From: Prorocentrum cordatum
Lineage: Eukaryota
Length of the DNA stretch: 30,389 nt
Direction: 5' to 3'
Assembly: GCA_963575745.1 (NCBI GenBank)
Contig: CAUYUJ010000003.1
Location: 1,488,001 to 1,518,389 of the forward strand
The notes beneath the pieces are model-generated. The model searched no databases and was not told the origin of the DNA. It was given only the letters and a program-made list of their open reading frames with translations. The position numbers and the translations under genes were made by a program. Position 1 is the stretch's first letter. Each line of letters starts with the position of its first letter. Positions 1 to 8,254 of the stretch are shown in pieces.

Positions 1-1402
1 GCCTCCCGACGACCCCATCCTCTGTGCCGCTGGTGTGTTTCCTGGGCCTCGGGGGGGAACTCGCATCTGGGGCGCGGGGGATGCGAGTGGTGGGGAGTTT
101 ACGAAGGACAAGCGTCTCAGGCGGGTGTCATGGGGCGTCGCGGTTTTTGGCCATGATGTTTTAACCCTGCCCCCACTTGTGTCGGATGCCGACATTCAGT
201 TTCTCTCTGGAGGCGGGATCTCTGGTAAGCAGTCTGTGAATCGTGGGGAGCTTTGGGCCCTTCTTGCGTTTTTGGAAGGAGCTCACCCCCAGGCGTGTCT
301 TGGATACGTCGCGGATTCGGCCTATGTTGCGAGGGGATTTGCTCGCATCAAGGCTGGCCTTTTGCAGCGAATTCAGACTCATGTTGATCTCTGGTGGCGT
401 GTCCAGAGCGCTCTGGATCGTCTTGGGGATGTGGTTCTCATTCTGATTCCGAGTCACCTCAAGGTTGAGGAGGCCGTGCGCCTTGGATTAAACCCTGGCG
501 TCGTGCTGGCGAATGCGGTGGCCGATGCGGTTGCGAGCCACTTCGCCCAGCAGGTTCAGGTCCCATTTGCTGTCTCGGCTCCCGTCAGATTCGCTGATGG
601 GTTAGCTCGGAAGGTACAGAATCACTTGCTTGCTGTGATGTCAGATGTTTTGGAGCGTGAGGGCGGACGCCCTCCCCGACCCCCTAAGGAGAAGGCTCGG
701 AGATCGGCCCGCCAGCTCCTTCGTGCTGCGGCGGTGAGGTCCTCTCATAATTGCCCCATGCTGTGGGGGGACTTCGCCCAGTGCCAGAGATGCGGTTGCT
801 CTTCAACCGCCCGTGACCTGACATCGTTTTTGAATTCGCAGTGTACTCCTATGGAATGGTCTGGTGCGGTCTATCGACCGACGGCTGCTGTGTGTGTTCG
901 TAGTCGGCTTGTGGACCCTTCCCACGCCTTGGCGTTTTGGCCCGTGGCGAATGTGCTGTGGTGTTTGACTTGTGGGTCTTATTCGACCCAGCATTTGAGG
1001 GACCTGGGTAAGGTCTGCTCGGGCCGCCTCGAGAAGGCGGGGGCCCAAAACCTGTCCAGGATCGCCCAGGGCAAGGTCCCTGGGAGTTTGGTTTGGGGGA
1101 AGGAGCGGAGGGAGAGGGCTAGCGCGAATAGTGGGGAGGGAGAGAGAGAGAGAGCGGCGAGTGCGGCCCCGCGTGCTCGGCGCGCGGCGCCGTTCGGGTC
1201 TGCCGCGGTCGCGGCCGACTTCCACGCGGCCGTGGCCGCCAACAGGCGCCGCCCCGCCTCTCTCCCCCCGCCCGCGCGCCCTCCTCCGCCTCCTCTGTTC
1301 CCCCCGCCAACCTCGATGGCATAGTTGCCATTGAGGTTGGCCCTTTTCCTTTGTCCTTGATCATCATGATCGCTCGCTATATATATATATATATATATAT
1401 AT
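1..1402 (+). mobile_element. 3' end of LINE-like retrotransposon ending in a (TA)n tail
   Basis: RNase H ORF, a short 3' region (1325-1377), then (TA)n at 1378-1402. The RT domain would lie upstream of the window. Confidence 0.6.
2..1324 (+). CDS. 5'-partial ORF of a non-LTR (LINE-like) retroelement: RNase H domain followed by Cys/His zinc-binding-like motifs
   Basis: Frame is open from the window start (PPDDPILCAAG...). RNase H motifs occur in the correct order: GDASGG, QSVNRGEL, ADSAYV, HVDLW, IPSH, NAVAD. These are followed by H-x-C..CQRC..C and H..WCLTC..C motifs. The last ~70 aa are low complexity and may be read-through. Confidence 0.8.
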   Translation, partial: PPDDPILCAAGVFPGPRGGTRIWGAGDASGGEFTKDKRLRRVSWGVAVFGHDVLTLPPLVSDADIQFLSGGGISGKQSVNRGELWALLAFLEGAHPQACLGYVADSAYVARGFARIKAGLLQRIQTHVDLWWRVQSALDRLGDVVLILIPSHLKVEEAVRLGLNPGVVLANAVADAVASHFAQQVQVPFAVSAPVRFADGLARKVQNHLLAVMSDVLEREGGRPPRPPKEKARRSARQLLRAAAVRSSHNCPMLWGDFAQCQRCGCSSTARDLTSFLNSQCTPMEWSGAVYRPTAAVCVRSRLVDPSHALAFWPVANVLWCLTCGSYSTQHLRDLGKVCSGRLEKAGAQNLSRIAQGKVPGSLVWGKERRERASANSGEGERERAASAAPRARRAAPFGSAAVAADFHAAVAANRRRPASLPPPARPPPPPLFPPPTSMA

Positions 1403-1478
1403 ACTCCCTCCCTCCTCCCTCCTCCTCCTCCTCCTCCTCCTCCTCCTCCTCCTCCTCCTCCCTCCTCCTCCTCCTCCT
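1378..1478. repeat. (TA)n followed by (TCC)n microsatellite
   Basis: Read directly from the sequence. Confidence 0.95.
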
Positions 1479-1479
1479 T

Positions 1480-1853
1480 GCCGATCATCGTGAGCAGAAA
1501 ACTTCGGATAGAGATCTGGAGCTCCGCGTGCATTTTTCGCATCGGCGCCGGGCCCCCCCCCCCCCACCGGCGGCGCCTCCGGCGCGCGCTCCGCGCGCCG
1601 GGGAGGGGGGTTTCAGCGCCGATCGAGGAAGCGCGCGGAGCTCAGGAAGGTTCGCTTATGCAGTTTTCTGGTTCCTCGAGATTCAGGAGGGAAAAAGCAC
1701 AAAGACACAATTAATCGCCGACTCCCCAAACAATATAGGGAAATATGGGAAGTGGGGGGGAAGACAGAAACCCAAAACATATGGGAAAATATGGGGAATC
1801 CTGTTATTTGTGTGTATTTATTTGTGTGTCCTCTGGCCCCTTCATAGATCAGC
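1480..1853. mobile_element. Fold-back/MITE-like element whose right arm is interrupted by a 163-bp insertion
   Basis: GAGCTCCGCG..ATCGGCGC..CCCCCC (~1520-1565) is inverted to GGGGGG..GCGCCGATC..CGCGGAGCTC (~1603-1643). CAGAAAACT (1495-1503) is inverted to AGTTTTCTG (1662-1670). The terminal GCCGATC / GATCAGC pair is brought back into register when 1683-1845 is removed. Confidence 0.6.
1683..1845. mobile_element. 163-bp non-autonomous element (TCAGGAGGG...CCCCTTCAT) with 4-bp TSD AGAT
   Basis: AGAT at 1679-1682 and 1846-1849. A second homologous copy at 17789-19376 has a different TSD (ACGT). Confidence 0.8.
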
Positions 1854-2166
1854 GATTTAGGCAGCTTGCTGAGCGGCGGGGTCAGGTTTCGGAGTTCGTG
1901 CAGCACGTGGCAGAATCCGAAGCCAGCCCCCGCTTCCCATAGATTCAGAAGGCCCGATGGTTGGTGGGGGGTACATGTCGGTCGTTGAAAGTCAGTATGT
2001 TTGAATTTCCCAGATCCCAAACTACTTCCAGCACCTTCCCGCTTCAAGAACCGGTCTGCTTTTGCTGTGTTCTGTTGTGCTCTGGTAGGGCCTGGATCCA
2101 ACCTGCTCAATAGTTTTACCTACTTCTGCCAATTGACGTGGAGGGTTCGGGTGTCACCGCCTGCAG

Positions 2167-2307
2167 GAGAGGGCGTATCCGCACGACGGCTTCGGCTGCT
2201 ACCTGGAGGGCGGGGAGACCTGCAGCAGCAGACTCTCCGAGGGCCCCGAGGATGCCGACGTGGAGGTCGTCCTCGGCAACCTGCCCGCCTCAACCTTGGA
2301 CATCACC
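2167..2307 (+). CDS. Internal exon of the membrane-protein gene (ERAYPHDGFGCYLEGGETCSSRLSEGPEDADVEVVLGNLPASTLDIT)
   Basis: Preceded by a CCTGCAG|G acceptor and an in-frame TGA at 2134. Strong GC3 codon bias. Same frame as the downstream exon. Not in the ORF track. The donor position is uncertain by ~3 nt. Confidence 0.65.
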
Positions 2308-2511
2308 GAGAATAGAAGAACCCCTAACCCCTAACCCTACTAGCACAGTGAAGACGTGGCCTCACTTCGGCCCCCGTCTTTGCATGAGGGATAATGGATC
2401 TGGTTGATTTGGCTTGGTACTCTGCACAGAAAAGACCCCCCATCCCTAATGAGCTTGGCCGTCCTAACTTCGGCTCCCTCCCAAAGGGTTAGGGGTCCAT
2501 TTATTGCTAAG
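2308..2511 (+). mobile_element. ~204-bp intron with terminal inverted repeats (Introner/MITE-like), probable GA...AG boundaries
   Basis: AATAGAAGAACCCCTAACCC (2311-2330) versus the reverse complement of 2486-2505, AATAAATGGACCCCTAACCC. Contains an in-frame stop, and its removal fuses two GC3-biased coding blocks in frame. Confidence 0.7.
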
Positions 2512-3933
2512 CAGGACAAACCAGTGCACTTGACGTTCTGGGCCCCCTACGAATCCCTGCGGTCTTACGACCCTCTCGAGAGCCACCTGAACGCGTCGAT
2601 CTACCGCGGATTCGTCAACTCCTTCCCAAAGTACGACGATGCCGCGTTCAACGGGGGCAACGTGCCCGTCAACGATTCCGGCTTCGCCACGATCCGGATT
2701 CGGGACCCGTCTATCTACATCATCCACCCTTATCTCACGATGCCCCACGCCTACCTGCGGGTGTGCTACAGCGAATCGGGCGACAGCGTCGTGATGCACC
2801 AGGACACCCTGCTGTTTGGCATCGGCGAGCAGTGGGTCTCCACCAAGTCGCAGGACTCCCGGATCCAGGTGGCCTCCGCGAGGGCGTACGAGGCGGGCCA
2901 GACCGACCCGACCGACGCGGTGGCGTACGACATCCCCCATCCCTACGCATACGTCCACGCGATTCACCACCAGGACCAAGACGACTCAGAAGAGATCTCG
3001 CAGGAGCTGGGAGGGGTCACCACGACCGCGGCTACCGTGACGACGGAACCGCAGTCACCAGAGCTGTCGCAGATGATAGAGGCCGCCAAGGAGGCCCTGG
3101 ACCTCGATGCGCTGACATACTCCCCCGTCTACGGCTGCTTCTTGGAGAACCAGTACTACTCGCACCACGAGGACGAGTGCGTCGACGAGTGCGCTGACGG
3201 CGAGGCCGTGGCCCACGGGCAGTGCGTGCGGGCGGAGGTCCTCGACGTGGCCGCCAGCTTCCAGGCGGAGTGGGAGCTCGGGGTGCACTGCTCCGACCTG
3301 TGCGGGGCGGACGCGGCCAACGAGACCCTGCACACGGTCCGCCTGAGGGCGGCGGGGCTGCTGGACGTGCCGTTCCAGGAGGTCACGGCCGTGTCCATGC
3401 AGTGGGCCGAGGCGGCAGCAAGGCGCCTGGAGCAGGAGGCGCGCGTGCTGGTGCTGCAGGTGTCCGTGACCACCCGGCGGGTGTCCGCCGACGTGGGCGA
3501 GCCCCTGCTGGGGGCGCTGCTGACGGAGGCGCCCGCCGCTTCTGGGCTGCTGCAGCTGCAGGTGGTGTCCGTGGAGCAGCTCTCCGGCCCCGTGGACGTC
3601 GACCCGGACCTCAGCATGGGCGAAGGCTCGGACCCCTACGAGCTGGCCTACGAGTACCTGGAGCCCTCCGAGGCGGAAAGGGAGGCCGCGGCGGGCAACC
3701 TCCTGCGCTCCCTCGTGCTCGCCGCCGCCGCGGCCACCGCCGCGGCCACCGCCGTGCTGCTCGGGGCGGTGCTCGGAGTCCTGCTCTGGCGGAAGCGCCT
3801 GCGCGCCCGCCGCGCCAGGGAGGTCGTCGCGAGCAAGGTGGCGGATCCCTGGGACGCGGTGCCCGGCGTGCAGGCCACGGAGATCGGCCAGCCCGACGTG
3901 GAGGAGAACAACACTGGCGCCGGGGTGCTGTGA
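2512..3933 (+). CDS. Terminal exon of a putative single-pass (type I) membrane/surface protein
   Basis: 1.4-kb open frame with strong GC3 bias. Contains a globular N-terminal part, a Thr-rich linker, a Cys-rich segment (CFLENQYY..ECVDEC..GQCV, ~3136-3228), an RRL-containing juxtamembrane domain, a hydrophobic TM (~3712-3789), basic RKRLRARR and a short tail. The ORF-track start at 2404 lies in the intron. Confidence 0.85.
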   Translation, partial: QDKPVHLTFWAPYESLRSYDPLESHLNASIYRGFVNSFPKYDDAAFNGGNVPVNDSGFATIRIRDPSIYIIHPYLTMPHAYLRVCYSESGDSVVMHQDTLLFGIGEQWVSTKSQDSRIQVASARAYEAGQTDPTDAVAYDIPHPYAYVHAIHHQDQDDSEEISQELGGVTTTAATVTTEPQSPELSQMIEAAKEALDLDALTYSPVYGCFLENQYYSHHEDECVDECADGEAVAHGQCVRAEVLDVAASFQAEWELGVHCSDLCGADAANETLHTVRLRAAGLLDVPFQEVTAVSMQWAEAAARRLEQEARVLVLQVSVTTRRVSADVGEPLLGALLTEAPAASGLLQLQVVSVEQLSGPVDVDPDLSMGEGSDPYELAYEYLEPSEAEREAAAGNLLRSLVLAAAAATAAATAVLLGAVLGVLLWRKRLRARRAREVVASKVADPWDAVPGVQATEIGQPDVEENNTGAGVL

Positions 3934-4502
3934 TTTTCTGTGCTGATTCGTCGGCTCCAACCTTGCTCAGTCGCCCCCGGCATTACATTTGTATGCCGCC
4001 TGGCGCTTGCATTGTGATTTAGGTCGTGCTTGCTGTGACTGTCGGCCTCGCTTACCCGTTGCATGTACGTAGATAGCTCCTTCTGCTGAAGCCATGGTCT
4101 TCGCGCTTGTATAGCCGAGAGTATTATACAGGAATGCTCTATTCTACAAGGCATGGTCAGTGATGCCTTTCCATATAGTCTTTCCAGGCAGAGCTGCGAG
4201 AGTTTGAAACCTCCAAGGCTTAATGCCTTGTGTGCCTGTCGTCTGATTTCCTCTCGCTGCGCATCCGTGTACTGTGACACTTCTGCATCTGCATCGAAAT
4301 CAAACATAGCAAGTTTCTCTGTACAACTAATGGGGGACATGTGTGGGGAGCAATTCATGAGGTGCGATCTGTGGAGTGCAATTTGTACGGTGCACCAGAT
4401 GCCGTGCACTTCACCAGCCTGCATTTGCGCGTGACAACCTTCATTTATCGAGCAAGCATCCCTCACGCCCACCCGCAACGAGCTGCAGAACTTAACTGAA
4501 CC

Positions 4503-4895
4503 GTGACAGCGACGATGACGATGACAATGATGATGATGATGCTGATGATGATGATGCTGATGATGATAATGATGATGATGATGCTGATGATGATGATGAT
4601 GATGATGATGACTTTCATGATGACGATGGAGACATCCACAACGACGATGGTGATGCTGATGGTATTCATGGTGATAGTGATGACGGTGGCGGCGGTGACG
4701 CTTTCGATGATGTTGAGGATGGTGTTGGTGAAGGTGATAATGAAGTGCTCGCGCTTAGCCATCTGACGAGGCGCGCCGACATCGACAATCACGACGATGG
4801 CCGTGGTGATGCTGACGATGATGGTGATGATGCCGACGAGTCCGGTGGCAATGGTGACGCTGACGATAATGCCACTGCCTGTGCTGATGAGTGAT
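4503..4895. repeat. Degenerate (GAT)n microsatellite
   Basis: Read directly; it generates the poly-M/I ORFs. Confidence 0.9.
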
Positions 4896-5232
4896 GCGGA
4901 ACCCCGCGCCCGCAGAAATGTAACCCCGTACCGTAATTGGTTTGATGCCCATTTGGTTGTCGTATACGTTTGACCACTTCTGTGCTGAGGCGGTTCGAGA
5001 ACCATGATCTTGGGCATGATTTCGGCGTGTGCGCGCGGCGGTGGGCGCGCGTGGCCCGCAGGGTCTTGTTTGACGGAGGCTGGCGGGCTCCCGGCGGTCT
5101 TTTGAACGCTGTTTCGGCATGCGCGCGCGTGTGGCCCGAACGCTGTTGTCCGACGGGGCGGCTTGATACCTGTGCTTGTCTGCTGTTGATGTTGGCGCTG
5201 GCCCACGTGTTGGTTGAGGTGCCGGCGGCGTC

Positions 5233-5337
5233 TGTATATACAGATGTATGTATGTATATATATATATATATATATAGATGTTTATCTATATGTATATATA
5301 TATATATGTATATATGTATATAGATGTGTGTGTGTGT
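5233..5337. repeat. (TA)n/(TG)n microsatellite
   Basis: Read directly from the sequence. Confidence 0.9.
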
Positions 5338-5673
5338 CGTTCTGGTTTGATTTGGCCAGGCCATTTGTCGCTGTTGGGAGTGTCTGACCTGCGCGCGCGG
5401 CGCAGCCCTCACGCGCTCAGTATGTTGTGGTTTGCAAGAGTTCCTCTGGACACGCGCTTTTCAGATCACCACATGTGAACCATACCGTGTTGCTCAAGAG
5501 GCTTACGCGTTTCCGTCTACCCCTAGAAGAGGATATGTGGGGCTTCCGATTTCGTGTGTGCTGTTTGCCCCTTCCCGTAGCGCTGCCTGATTGATTTTAG
5601 TTGTTGTTGTTCTTGTTCCCCACATCCAAAGTGGGGTTCTTGTTTTCTCTGGACACCCCGCGCAGGAACAGGA

Positions 5674-5941
5674 ACACACACACACACTCACACTCACTCA
5701 CACTCTCTCATCATCAACCTCATCAGCATCATCGATGATGCTCTCTCACATGCTTAGTCACTCACATACTCATCATCATCATCACTCGCACTCTCCCACA
5801 CGCTCATGAATCATCATCATCATCATCGGCATCGGCATCATCCTCATTCAAACATCATCATCGCCACCACCACTCACAATCAATCATCATCCTCTTCACC
5901 ACTCATCTTCACCACCACTCATCATCCTCATCCTCATCATC
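5674..5941. repeat. (CA)n then degenerate (CAT)n low-complexity tract
   Basis: Read directly from the sequence. Confidence 0.85.
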
Positions 5942-5944
5942 GTT

Positions 5945-6571
5945 GAGTAAATTGTGAGGAAGTCTCAGGCGGGAGCCCCCTCCCTATGGGGCCCGCAGAT
6001 CATGTTGGTAATCCGAGCGGGTCATCGGAAACCTGTAACTGTCGTCACTTTTGGGCTCGTCAAGCCTGAAAATGGAGGAAGTCTCAGGCGGGAGCCTCGT
6101 CTGTGAGTGAATTGGGAGGAAGTCTCAGGCGGGAGCTCCCTCCCTATGGGGCCCGCAGATCATGTTGGTAATCCGAGCGGGTCATCGGAACCTGTAACTG
6201 TCGTCACTTTTGGGCTCCTCAAGCCTGAATTTGGAGGAAGTCTCAGGCGGGAGCCTCGTCTGTGAGTGAATTCTGAGGAAGGCTCAGGCGGGAGCCCCCT
6301 CCCTATGGGGCCCGCAGATCATGTTGGTAATCCGAGCGGGTCATCGGAAACCTGTAACTGTCGTCACTTTTGGGCTCTCGTCAAGCCTGAATTTGGAGGA
6401 AGTCTCAGGCGGGAGCCTCGTCTCTGAGTGAATTGTGAGGAAGTCTCAGGCGGGAGCTCCCTCCCTATGGGGCCCGCAGATCATGTTGGTAATCCGAGCG
6501 GGTCATCGGAACCCTGTAACTGTCGTCACTTTTGGGCTCCTCAAGCCTGAATATGGAGGAAGTCTCAGGCG
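5945..6571. repeat. ~160-bp tandem repeat, ~4 copies, each with two copies of GAGGAAGTCTCAGGCGGGAGC
   Basis: Units start at ~5945, 6105, 6264 and 6426 and are nearly identical. Confidence 0.95.
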
Positions 6572-7114
6572 GTTTTGTCCAGGGCGGAGGCGAAGCAGCT
6601 CGTGGCAGAGCTGGGCTTCGTGCTGCCTTCCGCCTGAGCGCGGCTGCGCCTCCCTCGAAGTCCGCGGGGTTGTCCCAACGGCTTGGTCTTGCGCGCCAAC
6701 GGCTCGCGGGGTTGTCCCGACAGCCTGGCCCGCGGGGTTGCCCCAACGGCTGCGCGACGTGACCAGTAGAGAACGCGCCTGTGTTGGCCGTGGCGGCGAC
6801 GGCGCCGAGGAACATCGACATGCGCGCTCATGCAACAGGAAGGGGAGGAGGTGGCGGGGCGCGGAACAAACAGGGGGGCGAGGATGGGGACAACGTAAGT
6901 AGTGGAAGGGGGGCCCGCGCCAAGGCGACAGGAAATATACGCAGAATAGACAGCCAGGACGCCTCACCAACCACGAGGACGACGGTGATGGTTTTTTTTT
7001 TCCAGATTCGCCCAGAGGATTCTTATGTGGGGTTCTTCCGTCGGAGTAATTGTTGTTGGGCAACAAATGACCTCAGTCCCCGTGCAACGGGGCTCCAGGT
7101 ACAGTGTCGTCCTT

Positions 7115-7203
7115 GTGGTGTTGTTGTGGTGGTAGTGGTAGTAGTGGTAGTACTGGTAGTAGTGGTAGTACTGGTAGTAGTGGTAGTAGTAGTAGTAGTA
7201 GTC

Positions 7204-7244
<41 letters not shown>

Positions 7245-7375
7245 CGTAGTAGTAGTCGTAGTAGTAGTAGTAGTTGTGGTTGTAATTGTTGTTGTTGTTG
7301 TTGATGCTGTTGTTGTTGTTGTTGTTGTTGGTGTTGGTGTTGTTGTTGTTGTTGTTGTTGTTGTTGTGGTGTTGG

Positions 7376-7406
<31 letters not shown>

Positions 7407-7407
7407 G
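7115..7407. repeat. (GTA)n then (GTT)n microsatellite
   Basis: Read directly from the sequence. Confidence 0.95.
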
Positions 7408-8254
7408 AACATTATTTATTCTAAAGAATAATTATTGTTGGGCCCCCTGGTGCGCGCCCCCCCTGCGCCGCCTAGGCCGCAGCTACATTTTCATCATTTT
7501 CGTGAGGAAGCCTCAGAAAAGAGGGTGTGTACAGGATCCGGTTGTTTTGTTGTAATCCGCTTTCCCTTGCAAAAAACAATAGAAAATGACATTTCTTGTT
7601 CTAATATAATCAAATTTCAAGAATCCCTTGCAAAAAATAAGGTAAAGTGGACATTCGCGCGCGCAAGACGAAATCCTTCCAAAACCTTAGTGTTCGCAGC
7701 GATTTTAACATAAAAACATCAAAAAACCAATGGTTTTTCAACAAAAAATTGTCAAAATCTCATCCCGCGCGCTCTTGCGGATTCGTAGGAAACCCAACAC
7801 TTTTTAAACATTTCTGTCAAACGGGCTTTTGCGAGCAACTTTTTCGAACTTCTGCGACAACGGTTGCGCGCATGCCAGGGCCATCATCCCTGTCGAATAA
7901 TACCATATGGGTCACATTCGTTTTTTCTTCGCGCGCGCACGCCGAAATCTTCAATTGCAGGGGGAAAAGTGTATACTAAGCTAGCTTACAGAAAATGTTA
8001 CCACAACAAGTCATTGTACCCATGCGCCAGTGTAGTAGCCAAGGTCGTCCGCAGGCCACGAAGTGAGGTGTCCGAACGTCATAGGGCGGGAAGCTGGGTG
8101 TGGGTGGTGGCGAAGAGTCGTTTGGAAATTTGGTAGAGCTTGAACCGGCCCCCCCACAAAGTGGGGGTATTGCCCGCCTCCTATGAAAACCCTGGCACTG
8201 GTGAGAACGGAGTGTCCCCAGTCTTAAATGATTGTTGTTGTTGTTGTTGTTGTT

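Noticed and set aside
2320..2338. Telomere repeats (CCCTAA)
   Set aside because: Only 2-3 units, forming part of the intron's TIR; not a telomeric tract.
2404..2511. ORF-track N-terminus MIWLGTL... of the 509-aa ORF
   Set aside because: Non-ATG start, lacks GC3 bias and lies inside the TIR-bounded intron.
2464..4022. Overlapping alternative-frame and antisense ORFs over the membrane-protein gene
   Set aside because: Shadow ORFs caused by high GC3.
5478..5495. 5S rRNA-like start (ACCATACCGTGT)
   Set aside because: Similarity stops after ~12 nt and no internal promoter boxes follow.
6040..6065. Dinoflagellate spliced-leader relic (CACTTTTGGGCTCGTCAAG); also CCGTGTTGCTCAAG at ~5485
   Set aside because: Too many mismatches and indels against CCGTAGCCATTTTGGCTCAAG, and not followed by a coding sequence.
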